DNA of 49,560 nt from the NCBI GenBank assembly GCA_023436525.1, contig JAEZIW010000088.1, forward strand, positions 1 to 49,560, in the 5' to 3' direction. The translations under genes were made by a program, and so were the position numbers. Source of the DNA: Bacillota bacterium (GTDB lineage: Bacteria; Bacillota; Clostridia; Christensenellales; SZUA-584). The notes beneath the pieces were generated by a model. It saw only the letters and a program-made list of their open reading frames with translations, made no database searches and was not told the origin of the DNA. Each line of letters starts with the position of its first letter. Within the stretch, counting starts at the first letter, position 1. Below, one piece after another: positions 17,098 through 27,227 of this stretch.

Positions 17098-18576
17098 TTA
17101 CCTTTGCCGCCTGCGCACCCAGATCGATATCCCGACGAGCATCACGGCCAGCGGCACAGCCACCACCGTCAGCCCAATATAAAAACCCTTTTCAATTTCC
17201 GAAGTCATGTTTATCTTATAGGCATCATCGGATGCGGCAAACAGCGTTCGCATCGGAATGAGCCCGTTTTCCTGCCTGCCGTTTATAACGCCAATTGTGT
17301 TCAGCAGCAGCTGCCGATTGCCGGGGATGTTATAGTTTTCGTCGTCGGTTACCAGCGAGGACGACCCATAAAGCACAACAGCCGTCTCTCCCTTTTGAGA
17401 AAGTGCGCCGATCACAAACGGGCCTGCTTCGTCAGCTTCCTGTCTGCTGCTCTTCTCAAGGCCAGTCCATGCCGTTTTTGCAAAGCTGGTGGCGTCCGTT
17501 AAAAGCAGTTTGCTTGTTGTGACACCGGGCACCTCAGAAATCAAAATCGCCCCGGCATATGAAAGCACGGGCGTTTGACCCTCTTGCAATAATGGCGCGG
17601 TGATAGGAGACTCCGCATTCGGCTGAGGCGATAAATTCATGCGCGACATGTAAGTGTAGCTCGGGTCTTCACCCACCACCACATTACGCTGTGCAAACAG
17701 CCCCAGCTCCGTCAGCAGTGCGTCAAACAAAGTGTGTTCATTGGTGCCCAGCCCCGAACGCAACATGTTCATAAAAAACACGGCATTTCCGCCCTGAGAC
17801 AAAAACGACCGGATCGTTGCATAGGTCTGATCGTCCAAATCGGTTTGCGGGCTGATAACAAACAATGTATCACTTTTGGGGTCTAATGGCTTATCCGTCA
17901 AATCGCTGACGCGCGTCACATAATACTGCCCGTTTAAATCGCTCAGAAAGCTGCCGCAGGGAGGTGTTTCGTGCTGACCGGCCAAAAAAACCGCCGTTAT
18001 TTTTTCTCCCGTCAGGATATAGTCGAGCGCCGCTGTGATTTTTCTTTCGGCGCTGAAGTCCCGGTAGTCAGACACCAGCGCGCCCGCTTCGTTATAGTAC
18101 GGCTCGGAAACCGTATAAAGATCGTGACTCGAGAGCACTTTATAACGGCCCGGCGCGTCTCCGTTCATGCTGTTGCTGTCCGATACGATCACGCTGCCCT
18201 TTTCAATTCCTTTCTGATCCGGATCAAAATAACGGGTGAAGCCCGGGTGTGAAGCGGGATCGACAACACTGAAAGCAACGTGTGCTGATGCTGCCGCATA
18301 GTTTTGCAGCAATGTGGTCACGCGCAGATCATCCGTTTCATCGCCGCCCATATAATAAAGATAAATGTTCTTATTCAGGCCGGTTAGCACCGTCTTCGTT
18401 TCATCTGTCAGCACAGTGTATTGCTCTTTTGATACATCAATGCACCCGCCTTGGCTGTGGCTCAGCGCAATGGCCCCAGAGTTTACCGCAACCGTCAGCA
18501 GTGCCGCTGCTGCGACCAAAGCGGCCGTGCAGAACGCATGTTTTCGGCGGCGCGACCCGTACCTGCTCTGTTTCAT
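17098..18576 (-). CDS. GldG-like auxiliary component of an ABC-2 transporter
   Basis: N- and C-terminal TM anchors flank a large extracytoplasmic domain, downstream of the ABC-2 permease. ATG at 18576 overlaps the permease stop (ATGA) and follows aagga. Confidence 0.78.
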   Translation of the reverse strand: MKQSRYGSRRRKHAFCTAALVAAAALLTVAVNSGAIALSHSQGGCIDVSKEQYTVLTDETKTVLTGLNKNIYLYYMGGDETDDLRVTTLLQNYAAASAHVAFSVVDPASHPGFTRYFDPDQKGIEKGSVIVSDSNSMNGDAPGRYKVLSSHDLYTVSEPYYNEAGALVSDYRDFSAERKITAALDYILTGEKITAVFLAGQHETPPCGSFLSDLNGQYYVTRVSDLTDKPLDPKSDTLFVISPQTDLDDQTYATIRSFLSQGGNAVFFMNMLRSGLGTNEHTLFDALLTELGLFAQRNVVVGEDPSYTYMSRMNLSPQPNAESPITAPLLQEGQTPVLSYAGAILISEVPGVTTSKLLLTDATSFAKTAWTGLEKSSRQEADEAGPFVIGALSQKGETAVVLYGSSSLVTDDENYNIPGNRQLLLNTIGVINGRQENGLIPMRTLFAASDDAYKINMTSEIEKGFYIGLTVVAVPLAVMLVGISIWVRRRQR

Positions 18577-19292
18577 GTTCGCCGTCCTTTCGACCACTTG
18601 GCGTGCTCAAGGCTGCGCACAGTCAGGACAATAAAAAGCAGCGTCACGCTGATAAAATACACAATCGACGGGATGTTTAAAAATCCGTTTAAAAAGTAAG
18701 CCCCGTTGCTGAGCGGAGCCGCCCACAGGACCACTGATTTAATGACACCGGCCTTAAGCCACGAAACCGCCGAATCGATCAACATGATGAGGATCATCAC
18801 GCCGAGCGCCGACAGCAGCGCGGGCAGCGGCCGTTTCATAAGCGACGAAACAAACATACCGATGGCGATGGCGCTCATACCAAAAAGAAATAGGCCAAGA
18901 TATCCGGTTAAAATCTGTGCCCACGCGGGTGTCCCGTTAACACTGAGAATCAGCGGATACAGCAGCGATATCAAAAGCACAAAGGCAAACACAGACAGCG
19001 CCGAGAGGAACTTGGCTGCCGTGACAGACCATGACGACACGGGTGCCGTCAGCAGCATCATATCCGTCTTGTTTGACCGCTCGCCTGCCACCAATCGCAT
19101 GGTGAGAACCGGCGTTAATAGCAGCAGCACATACTCAAGGCCATGCCACAACGGCTTTAAATCCATGCTTTTTTGCAAAATATTATATGACGAAAACAAA
19201 AGACCGCCGCTAAATAAAAACCCTACCGCGAAAATCCAGCCCGGCAGCGTGCAGATATATTGGCTCATTTCTTTTTTGTATACGGTACTCAT
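18573..19292 (-). CDS. ABC-2 type transporter permease (GldF-like)
   Basis: 239 aa with six hydrophobic helices. Overlaps the ATPase stop by 4 nt. Confidence 0.8.
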   Translation of the reverse strand: MSTVYKKEMSQYICTLPGWIFAVGFLFSGGLLFSSYNILQKSMDLKPLWHGLEYVLLLLTPVLTMRLVAGERSNKTDMMLLTAPVSSWSVTAAKFLSALSVFAFVLLISLLYPLILSVNGTPAWAQILTGYLGLFLFGMSAIAIGMFVSSLMKRPLPALLSALGVMILIMLIDSAVSWLKAGVIKSVVLWAAPLSNGAYFLNGFLNIPSIVYFISVTLLFIVLTVRSLEHAKWSKGRRT

Positions 19293-20227
19293 CCCGCCAT
19301 CCCCTTGGTCTCGCAGGTCATCTGATAAAACACATCCTCAAGCGTTACTGACATCGTCTTTAAGCCCAGCAGCACGATGCCGGCTCTGGCCGCCGCACTG
19401 AAAATTCCGCCGCGCACATCACAAAGCGCATCCACCGTGTAGTCAAACGTGCCCGGCTCCTTGCTCCCTTCGCATTCCACCGTATCCACGCCGTCTATGT
19501 TTTTTAGCAGCGCGAGGCCGGTGGCCCGTCCCGCTGCCAGCCGCACAGCTACGCGCTTGCGGCCTCCGGCCGCTTGCGAAAAGTTCTCCAGCGCATCGTT
19601 TGCCACAATGCTGCCCTCGTGCATGATAAAAACACGGCTGCATAGTGCCGTGACTTCTTGTATGTTCGACGATGCCACAATCAGCGTTTTTTGAAAACTG
19701 CGGATGGCCGAACGAATCTGCGTCACATCATCCGGCTCCAAACCGGCCGTGGGTTCATCCATCATCAGAATGTCGGCACCCGAGCAAAGAGCCCCCGCCA
19801 GCGATACGCGCATGCGGTCTGCTTTATCAAGGGTTTTGATCAGACGGTGCTGCTTGTCGTGAATAGACAGCCGTTCCAGCGCCATCGCCGCAAGCTCATC
19901 GCGCCGCGCTTTGGACACATGCCTGAGCCCGCTGATAAATTTTAAATGCTCCTCAGCGGTCATATGCGTGTAAAGCGTCGCGTTCTTGGGCAGATAGCAG
20001 ATGTTTTGCCTGGCCTTTAGCGGGCACTTTACCAAATCAACGCCATTCACCGTGATGCGGCCGTCGGAAGCGGCAATAAACCCGGACAGGATATTCAGCA
20101 GCGTGGTTTTGCCTGCACCGCTGCGGCCCAAAAAAGCCACGCGCTCACCGTCACCAATCGTAAACGACGCATTTTTAACGGCAAAGTGTGACCCGAACTT
20201 CTTGGAAACTGTTTGCGCTTCAATCAT
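19289..20227 (-). CDS. ABC transporter ATP-binding protein
   Basis: Walker A GRSGAGKTT, signature-like SLAGAL, Walker B ILMMDEPTAGL. Confidence 0.92.
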   Translation of the reverse strand: MIEAQTVSKKFGSHFAVKNASFTIGDGERVAFLGRSGAGKTTLLNILSGFIAASDGRITVNGVDLVKCPLKARQNICYLPKNATLYTHMTAEEHLKFISGLRHVSKARRDELAAMALERLSIHDKQHRLIKTLDKADRMRVSLAGALCSGADILMMDEPTAGLEPDDVTQIRSAIRSFQKTLIVASSNIQEVTALCSRVFIMHEGSIVANDALENFSQAAGGRKRVAVRLAAGRATGLALLKNIDGVDTVECEGSKEPGTFDYTVDALCDVRGGIFSAAARAGIVLLGLKTMSVTLEDVFYQMTCETKGMAG

Positions 20228-20402
20228 GGGCTATCCTCCTTTCGTCCGGCCTGTTTTCACCCCGATTATATCAAACCCAAAATATTTTTGATGTGAATAT
20301 TCTGTGAATTTCCCCTGTATTAGCCTTCATTATCGGAATAATCGGGCGTACTTATCTATATATTTATTACGAAGAACGATCGTAAAAAGAGAGGGAACCG
20401 GT

Positions 20403-21908
20403 ATGAAAATAAAGAAAGCGTCTTTTAAAACGGAATCAGCCTGTCAGCCCCGCTTAAGCGAAAGCCTTGTTGAGGGACGGCTGTCTCTGCCGCCCGAAAA
20501 AAACGAAATTGATCGCGTGTTGTTTATACAAGGCCGCATTCATGTGAATGCGGAACCCGCAGACGGTAAAGTGTTCATGGACGGCAGCGTTCAGTTCAGC
20601 GTTGTTTATATAACAGCCGACGGTAATATCGACGCATTTGAAGCCGCATCGCCGTTTCGTCATTCAGAGGATATGACGGGCGCGGGCGCAGGAATGATAC
20701 TCACGGCGAGGGGCAGCGTCAGAGATTTAGGCTTCTCACTCGAAGACGCGCGCTCTGTGTATGTAAAGGGGATCGTGTCCGTCACTTTAAGAGGCAGTAT
20801 GGCCAAAAGCTGCGAAGCCGTTACGGGAGCCGACAGCGACCTTCAGATGAGAATGGCGAAAAAACGGCTTAAGGTCACCCGGGAGCAAAAACGCGACACG
20901 ATGATGATGCGCGAGGATCTGCGCCTGCCGCAGACGCTGCCCATCGCCGAAAAAATATTAAGCGCCGATGCCTATGCCGTTGTGAAAAGCGTCAAAACAG
21001 AAGAGCTCAAAATCATCATCGAAGGCGATGTGAAGCTCAGCGTGCTTTACCTCAGCACCGACAAGGGCGCGCCGCTGCAGCAGTTTAACGAATCCGTGCC
21101 GTTTGGGCATATCATCCCGTCAGAAGGGATGGCCCCTGACGACATGATATCGGCGGATGTCAGCCTTTCGGATCTGTCCGTCAGCATTGCGGAGGAGGCC
21201 GGTGATATTCTGCGGGTTTCGGCAAAGCTCGGTTTCATGTGCGCCGCCCGTGCCGACAGCGAAGTGGAGTATCTTGAAGATGCGTATTCGCTGAAAAACA
21301 GGCTGAACTTAAAATACGACGAGCAGGCCTGCCGCCATCTCGTGCTGTCGGAATGCACCAAAGCCATTGCGCGCAGCACCATCACGGTGCCGCCCTCCGA
21401 GCCGAGCGTATCGCGTATCGTGTGCCTCAAGGCAAAGCCCTCCATCACCGCCGTACACCCGCATACCGATCGCGTTTATATTGAGGGGCTCATGATGTTC
21501 ACGCTGTGCTACACATCAACCGAAGGGCTGTGGAGCTATACGGGAGAATCGCCGTTTGAAGCCGAGGTGCAAATGGACGGCATTATGCCGGAGCATGACG
21601 TTGACGTGTATGCCGACGTGGAATACTGCAACTATGAAGGTACAGGGCGCGACATCAGCGTGAAATACATGCTGGATGTGGAGCTTCGGGCATTCGCACA
21701 AAGCCAAATGCGGCTCGTCTCGGATATGAGCGAGACGGATGAAGCGCTTAAGCGCAATCAGGGCATCACGATCTATTTCGCGGACGGCGACGAGACCACG
21801 TGGGACATCGCCAAGCGCTTTGCCACCACGCTCGACATTGTGAAAAAGTTCAATCCGGATATCGGAGAAAGCACAAAAGCCGGGCAGAAGATACTCATCA
21901 TGAGTTAA
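20403..21908 (+). CDS. DUF3794 (SPOCS) repeat protein with C-terminal LysM domain
   Basis: Repeated beta-rich modules and a C-terminal LysM-like ITIYFADGDETTWDIAKRFATTLDIVKKFNP. Start MKIKK (ATG at 20403) follows gagaggga. The longer ORF begins at 20304. Confidence 0.78.
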   Translation: MKIKKASFKTESACQPRLSESLVEGRLSLPPEKNEIDRVLFIQGRIHVNAEPADGKVFMDGSVQFSVVYITADGNIDAFEAASPFRHSEDMTGAGAGMILTARGSVRDLGFSLEDARSVYVKGIVSVTLRGSMAKSCEAVTGADSDLQMRMAKKRLKVTREQKRDTMMMREDLRLPQTLPIAEKILSADAYAVVKSVKTEELKIIIEGDVKLSVLYLSTDKGAPLQQFNESVPFGHIIPSEGMAPDDMISADVSLSDLSVSIAEEAGDILRVSAKLGFMCAARADSEVEYLEDAYSLKNRLNLKYDEQACRHLVLSECTKAIARSTITVPPSEPSVSRIVCLKAKPSITAVHPHTDRVYIEGLMMFTLCYTSTEGLWSYTGESPFEAEVQMDGIMPEHDVDVYADVEYCNYEGTGRDISVKYMLDVELRAFAQSQMRLVSDMSETDEALKRNQGITIYFADGDETTWDIAKRFATTLDIVKKFNPDIGESTKAGQKILIMS

Positions 21909-21926
21909 GCACAAATCCATAGAATA

Positions 21927-21957
21927 AGCAGGCTGCATCACGCGGCCTGCTTTTTTA
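21927..21957 (+). terminator. Intrinsic terminator of the DUF3794/LysM gene
   Basis: Stem gcaggc/gcctgc followed by tttttt. Confidence 0.75.
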
Positions 21958-22029
21958 TTGCGCGGGCAATGAATGCAAAGAGTAAGCAGACCCGATCGTT
22001 AATTTCATGTAAAACCATTTTATCCATCT

Positions 22030-22255
22030 CTGCTAATTCAAAAAGGATACCTGTATCCCGAAGGGATATGGTCATTGCGATCCAACGCAAATCGCGGCAA
22101 ACGCCGCCAAAAGGACTCTTTTTTTCAAAATCTATAAGCGTTTCTCAACTCACGAAATTCAAAAAAGATTATTCCTGTATCCCGAAGGGATATGGTCGCC
22201 TGAATTCACTTCGCAAAACAAAGCGAAGCAATACGACAGCTGCAGTGCGATTCGA
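22030..22255 (-). repeat. Repeat cluster B: two core copies on the minus strand, homologous to cluster A
   Basis: Reverse complements of 22040-22073 and 22161-22197 read gaccatatcccttcgggatacaggtatccttttt and gaccatatcccttcgggatacaggaataatctttttt. The spacer gtgagttgagaaacgct.atagat.ttgaaaaaa.gag.cc...ttggcggcgtttgccgcgat.tgcgttg is shared with 11752-11828. Confidence 0.75.
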
Positions 22256-22282
22256 ATCGGCCTTTTTCCGTTTCTCTTTTTC

Positions 22283-22291
22283 TGCTATAAT
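22283..22291 (+). promoter_or_regulatory. Extended -10 promoter element upstream of rqcP-ispDF
   Basis: TGcTATAAT lies 22 nt before the rqcP ATG. The -35 is weak. Confidence 0.4.
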
Positions 22292-22313
22292 AAAACAAAA
22301 AACAGAGGGTATT

Positions 22314-22571
22314 ATGAGACTGGATAAATTCTTAAAGGTATCGCGCATCATCAAGCGCCGCACCGTGGCGAGTGAGGCCTGCGACAAGCAGCGCGTTTAT
22401 GTGAACGGCAACCCGGGCAAACCGGGCAAGGATTTAAAAATCGGCGACATTTTGGAAATCCGCTTCGGATCCGGCTCGCTGAAGGTGAAGGTATTGAGCC
22501 TCGCCGAAACGGTGCGCAAGGAAGCCGCGGGCGATATGTACGAAATACTCGAGGAAACGAAAAATGGCTGA
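22314..22571 (+). CDS. rqcP: RNA-binding S4-domain protein (RqcP/YabO, Hsp15-like)
   Basis: [19 protein letters not shown]...V.VNG...[10 protein letters not shown] is the small S4 domain pattern. 85 aa. RBS gaggg. The 200-aa ORF extension upstream runs through repeats. Confidence 0.8.
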   Translation: MRLDKFLKVSRIIKRRTVASEACDKQRVYVNGNPGKPGKDLKIGDILEIRFGSGSLKVKVLSLAETVRKEAAGDMYEILEETKNG

Positions 22572-23706
22572 CACCGTCGCCGTGATACTCGCGGCGGGCA
22601 GCGGCACACGCTGCGGGCTGGATAAGAACAAAATGTTCGCCCGCATCGGGCGCTACACCGTGCTGGAGCGCACACTGCGCGCGTTTGAACAAAGCGGCTG
22701 CTTTGACCTTACGGTGCTGGTTTACCGCGCCTGCGACAGAGACGAAACGGACGAGACCGCAAAGCACACGTTAAGCCTGCCCTACACGCTCGTGGAGGGC
22801 GGCAGCGAACGGCAGTTTTCCGTGGGAAACGCGCTGAAAGCCGTGGGCGAGGCGGACATTGTGGCCGTGCACGACGGGGCGCGGTGCTTCGTCAAGCCGG
22901 AGATCATTCGCGCCTGCGTGAAGAAAGCACAAGAGACGGGCGCCGCCGCAGCGGGCGTGAGAACGCGCGACACGATTAAGGTGACGGACGGCGACACGAT
23001 TTTAGAAACGCTGGACCGCAGCCGGTTGGTGAATATTCAAACGCCGCAGGTGTTTAAATACGATCTGCTCAAAAAAGCGCACAAAGCGGCTGCCGCCGAT
23101 GGGTTTATCGGCACGGACGACTGCGGGCTGGTGGAGCGGCTCGGCATGCCGGTCAGCTTTGTGGAAGCGGGGGCCGACAATATCAAGATCACCACGCAGG
23201 AGGATATCATGCTCGGACGCATGATTGCGGGGGAAACGACCCGCACCGGAACGGGATATGACGCGCATAAGCTCGTGGAGGGCAGGCCGCTGGTGCTCGG
23301 CGGCGTGACGATTCCGCATACGCAGGGGCTGCTGGGGCACAGCGACGCAGATGTGCTGCTGCACGCGATTATGGACGCGATGCTCGGCGCGGCGGCTCTC
23401 GGAGACATCGGCAAGCACTTTCCATGCACGGATGAGTTCAAGGACGCGGACAGCCTTGATCTGCTCGCGCGAACAAAGGAACTATTAGCCGAGAATGGCT
23501 TTTCAGTGGTGAATATAGACGCGACGTTGATTATGCAGCGGCCTAAAATCGCGCCGTATATTGATGAGATGCGGGCGAATATTGCTAATACGCTTGGGAT
23601 AGAGATCAGTACCGTGGGCGTGAAGGCCACGACGACGGAGGGCATGGGCTTTGAAGGGCGCGGGGAAGGTGCGAGCGCGATGGCGAGCGCGACGATAGTG
23701 GGATAG
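22564..23706 (+). CDS. ispDF: Bifunctional 2-C-methyl-D-erythritol 4-phosphate cytidylyltransferase / MEcPP synthase
   Basis: IspD N-terminus [13 protein letters not shown] and IspF C-terminus GTGYDAHKL...[26 protein letters not shown]. Confidence 0.95.
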   Translation: MADTVAVILAAGSGTRCGLDKNKMFARIGRYTVLERTLRAFEQSGCFDLTVLVYRACDRDETDETAKHTLSLPYTLVEGGSERQFSVGNALKAVGEADIVAVHDGARCFVKPEIIRACVKKAQETGAAAAGVRTRDTIKVTDGDTILETLDRSRLVNIQTPQVFKYDLLKKAHKAAAADGFIGTDDCGLVERLGMPVSFVEAGADNIKITTQEDIMLGRMIAGETTRTGTGYDAHKLVEGRPLVLGGVTIPHTQGLLGHSDADVLLHAIMDAMLGAAALGDIGKHFPCTDEFKDADSLDLLARTKELLAENGFSVVNIDATLIMQRPKIAPYIDEMRANIANTLGIEISTVGVKATTTEGMGFEGRGEGASAMASATIVG

Positions 23707-23728
23707 AGGCCAAAAGTTATCTTACCTA

Positions 23729-24031
23729 CTAATGTATTGCACTACAAAAAGCAGTAATGCTTGATGCTAAAAATGATGCAACCAAAATAAACACAACGCG
23801 AATAATTATTCTGCTCAATCCTCTTTGTTGTTCTTTTATCTTTCTGCTGTATATAAATAACCCGATATATGCTGGCATTGGCGTCAATAAACCAAAACCG
23901 ATTGCGATATTGCTTTTTGGAATAATACAAAACACATTTGTTAGTATTAGAAAAGCTAAACATAGAATAACGCCGCATAGAATTAATATGCAAACAATTT
24001 TATATTTTAATATCTCCATTGCATACCTCAC
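23729..24031 (-). CDS. Hypothetical small membrane protein (about 3 TM), low-GC islet
   Basis: 100-aa hydrophobic ORF in strongly AT-rich DNA between ispDF and leuS. Confidence 0.5.
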   Translation of the reverse strand: MRYAMEILKYKIVCILILCGVILCLAFLILTNVFCIIPKSNIAIGFGLLTPMPAYIGLFIYSRKIKEQQRGLSRIIIRVVFILVASFLASSITAFCSAIH

Positions 24032-24082
24032 TATTCCTCATAAATATGACTTTAAAAAATAACGGTAACGATGGGGGCTGTA

Positions 24083-24547
24083 TTAATTTATTCCTACACC
24101 AAACTTTTTCTGAAACCATTCATCCGCGATGTTTTCCATATGACGCTTTGATAACTCGGTATAAATGTTTCTGCACATCTCACGAAAATCTTTTATCTCA
24201 TACGTTATCTCGTATTTGAATGCTTTTGCATATATGGTTGTTTTCTCCGTAAGAGGGCCGTGTTTATAGTGCTCAATCTTTTTAATATCTTTGAAGAATA
24301 CTTCAATAATCCTTTTTCTGTATTCTATAATAAGCGAATCCGTGTTGACCGTAACACTTTTTATATTCTTTGGATTGAAAAATTGCTTAATCCCAAATAT
24401 GACTACACCTATCATATATACCGTTAAAATGATGCCAACTGCAAGGCTTTCGTTCCACATAAAAACAACAGTAATTATAGCAAGCACAGAAAAGACCATT
24501 AATAAGGCTGATATAAGTATGTAATTAATCTTATACTTGTTGTTCAT
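24083..24547 (-). CDS. Hypothetical membrane-anchored protein (2 N-terminal TM plus ~90-aa soluble domain), low-GC islet
   Basis: 154-aa ORF in AT-rich DNA. The N-terminus has two hydrophobic helices. I recognise no motif. Confidence 0.58.
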   Translation of the reverse strand: MNNKYKINYILISALLMVFSVLAIITVVFMWNESLAVGIILTVYMIGVVIFGIKQFFNPKNIKSVTVNTDSLIIEYRKRIIEVFFKDIKKIEHYKHGPLTEKTTIYAKAFKYEITYEIKDFREMCRNIYTELSKRHMENIADEWFQKKFGVGIN

Positions 24548-24744
24548 AAATTAAGTCCTGATTCTTGTTAATAGCTTTAACCGATTTGATAACATAACCA
24601 TATTAATCCATCTTTCATATACTGTCAAAATAAAGCCGTTTCCCCATACATTCTCTGCCCATCCTCCCCAAACGGTATAATGCTTGATTTTTTTGTCGAT
24701 ATATATAATAATGTTCGAAGCGAAACGCTTTAGGAGAAAACAAT

Positions 24745-27162
24745 ATGGATTTACTGCAAATAGAAAAAAAGTGGCAAAGCAAATGGGAGAAAACGAAGCT
24801 TTACAGCTTCGATAAATCCCGCGTTGATAAGAAAAAATATATCCTCGAGATGTTCTCTTACCCCTCGGGTGCTCGGCTGCACCTCGGGCACTGGTATAAC
24901 TACGGCTTAACCGACTCCTACGCGCGCTTCATGCGCATGAAAGGCTATGAAATATTCCAGCCGATGGGTTTCGATGCCTTTGGACTGCCCGCCGAAAACT
25001 ATGCGATTAAAACAGGCATTCACCCGGAAGATTCCACGCTGAAAAACATTGAAACCATGGAAAAGCAACTGCAGGCCATGGGCGCGATGTTCGACTGGGA
25101 CTACGAGATCAAAACCTGCATGCCGGATTACTACCGCTGGACGCAGTGGTGCTTTTTGCAGCTGTATAAAAACGGCCTTGCCTACCGCAAGCAGGCACCC
25201 GTGAACTGGTGCGAAAGCTGCAACACCGTGCTCGCCAACGAGCAGGTGGTAGACGGCGGCTGCGAACGCTGCGGCACGCCCGTGGTGCGCAAAAACCTAA
25301 CGCAGTGGTTCTTCAAAATCACCGATTACGCTGAGCGTTTATTACAGAACTTAGACGGCCTCGACTGGCCCGAAAAAACAAAGATGATGCAGCGCAACTG
25401 GATCGGCAAATCAACAGGCGGCGAGATCACGTTCGCGCTGGAAAACGGCGAAAGCTTCACCGTTTTTACCACGCGCGCCGATACGCTTTATGGCTGCACC
25501 TACGCGGTGCTCGCGCCCGAGCACCCGCTCACGCTGAAGATTGCAACGGACGCACAGAAAGCCGCCGTTGAAGAGTATATCGCCTACGCCGCAAAAGCCA
25601 GCGAGATTGACCGGCTCTCAACCACACGTGAAAAAACGGGCGTGTTCACAGGCGCTTATGCGATCAACCCGGTGAACGGACGGCGCATCCCCGTGTACAC
25701 GGCCGATTATGTGCTCGCCACGTATGGCACGGGTGCTGTGATGGCCGTGCCCGCGCACGACGACAGAGACTTCGAATTCGCGACAAAATACGGCCTGCCG
25801 ATTGAGCGCGTGGTGAAAGGGCGCGAGGGAGAGGATGACACGCTGCCGTATACCGAGTATGGCATTCTGGTGAACAGCGAGGAATTCGACGGCCTTGCTG
25901 TTGAAGACGGCAAAAAAGCGATTATCGAGAAGCTCAAAACCCAAGGCAAGGGCGATTTTAAAATCAACTACCGCCTGAGAGACTGGCTGATTTCGCGCCA
26001 GCGCTATTGGGGCGCGCCGATTCCGGTGGTTTACTGCGACACCTGCGGCGAAGTGCCTGTGCCGGAGGATCAGCTGCCCGTGCGCCTGCCGTACGACGTG
26101 GACTTCACGCCGGACGGCACCTCACCGCTGCTCAAATCCGAGAGCTTTATGCACACCACGTGCCCCAAGTGCGGCGGCAAAGCCGTACGCGATGCCGACA
26201 CGATGGATACTTTCGTGTGTTCCTCATGGTATTTCCTGCGCTATCCGGACAGCAAAAACGATCAGCAGGCGTTTGATACCGACTGGATTAACAAAATGCT
26301 GCCCGTCGATACGTATGTGGGCGGTGCGGAACACGCGTGCATGCATCTGCTCTACGCGCGCTTCTTTACAATGGCGCTGCACGACATGGGCTATGTTGAT
26401 TTCGATGAACCGTTCAAGCGGCTGGTGCATCAGGGCGTGATACTCGGCCCCGACGGCGCGCGCATGAGCAAATCGCGCGGCAACGTGATTTCGCCCGACG
26501 AATACATTCAAAAATACGGCAGCGATGTGCTGCGTACTTACCTGGGCTTTGGCTTCTCGTATATTGAGGGCGGCCCGTGGAACGTGGACGGTTTAAAGGC
26601 CGTGCACCGGTTCTTAGAGCGCGTCGAGCGCATTGTATTGCGCCTGAAAGACGTGAAAGCCACCAGCGATGAAGGCAAAAAAGAGTTGCTGTACGCGCAG
26701 AACTACGCGATTAAACACGTGTCTGCCGACATCGAAGCCTTCTCGTTCAACACGGCGATTGCGCGGCTGATGGAGTTCACCAACGCGCTGAACAAATACC
26801 TTGATGCGTCGCCGGACGAAGCCGTTTCGGCTGATGCCGCAAGCACGCTGGTTAGGCTGATTGCGCCGTTTGCGCCGCACTTCGCGGAAGAGCTGTGGGA
26901 AACGCTCGGCGGCACCGACTCGGTGTTCAATCAGGCTTATCCTGTTTGCGATGAAAGCGCGCTCGTGATGGATATCATCGAGATGCCGCTGCAGATTAAC
27001 GGCAAGGTGCGCGGTAAGTTCAACGTTTCATCGTCGGCCACCGCGCAGGATATTGAAGCACAGATTATGAACACCCCCGAACTCACGGCGCTGTTCGACG
27101 GCAAAACGGTGAGAAAGACGATCATCATCCCCGGCAAAATCGCCAACATCGTGGTGGGGTAA
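24745..27162 (+). CDS. leuS: Leucine--tRNA ligase
   Basis: HLGH motif ([15 protein letters not shown]), KMSKS motif (ARMSKSRGN) and the CP1 editing domain. 805 aa. Confidence 0.97.
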   Translation: MDLLQIEKKWQSKWEKTKLYSFDKSRVDKKKYILEMFSYPSGARLHLGHWYNYGLTDSYARFMRMKGYEIFQPMGFDAFGLPAENYAIKTGIHPEDSTLKNIETMEKQLQAMGAMFDWDYEIKTCMPDYYRWTQWCFLQLYKNGLAYRKQAPVNWCESCNTVLANEQVVDGGCERCGTPVVRKNLTQWFFKITDYAERLLQNLDGLDWPEKTKMMQRNWIGKSTGGEITFALENGESFTVFTTRADTLYGCTYAVLAPEHPLTLKIATDAQKAAVEEYIAYAAKASEIDRLSTTREKTGVFTGAYAINPVNGRRIPVYTADYVLATYGTGAVMAVPAHDDRDFEFATKYGLPIERVVKGREGEDDTLPYTEYGILVNSEEFDGLAVEDGKKAIIEKLKTQGKGDFKINYRLRDWLISRQRYWGAPIPVVYCDTCGEVPVPEDQLPVRLPYDVDFTPDGTSPLLKSESFMHTTCPKCGGKAVRDADTMDTFVCSSWYFLRYPDSKNDQQAFDTDWINKMLPVDTYVGGAEHACMHLLYARFFTMALHDMGYVDFDEPFKRLVHQGVILGPDGARMSKSRGNVISPDEYIQKYGSDVLRTYLGFGFSYIEGGPWNVDGLKAVHRFLERVERIVLRLKDVKATSDEGKKELLYAQNYAIKHVSADIEAFSFNTAIARLMEFTNALNKYLDASPDEAVSADAASTLVRLIAPFAPHFAEELWETLGGTDSVFNQAYPVCDESALVMDIIEMPLQINGKVRGKFNVSSSATAQDIEAQIMNTPELTALFDGKTVRKTIIIPGKIANIVVG

Positions 27163-27198
27163 AGTCAACGGATAAAATACCATATAGAGTGAACGATA

Positions 27199-27227
27199 AA
27201 GCGGCAATCATCGGTTGCCGCTTTTAT
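27199..27227 (+). terminator. Intrinsic terminator of leuS
   Basis: Stem agcggcaa/ttgccgct followed by tttta. Confidence 0.75.

Noticed and set aside
17098-20227. GldA/F/G-like transporter taken as evidence of gliding motility.
   Set aside because: The names come from Bacteroidetes. In Firmicutes this is a generic ABC-2 exporter with an auxiliary component, and no other gliding genes are present.
21969-22313. The 115-codon N-terminal extension of rqcP (200-aa ORF 21969-22571).
   Set aside because: The extension reads through the dispersed repeat copies and a predicted promoter. The S4-domain protein starts cleanly at ATG 22314 with an RBS and has the normal length for the family.
24548-24744. 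T-box leader upstream of leuS.
   Set aside because: The 197-nt AT-rich upstream region has no specifier-loop, AGAGA or GNUGGNA-type T-box sequence, and no terminator/antiterminator pair that I can find.
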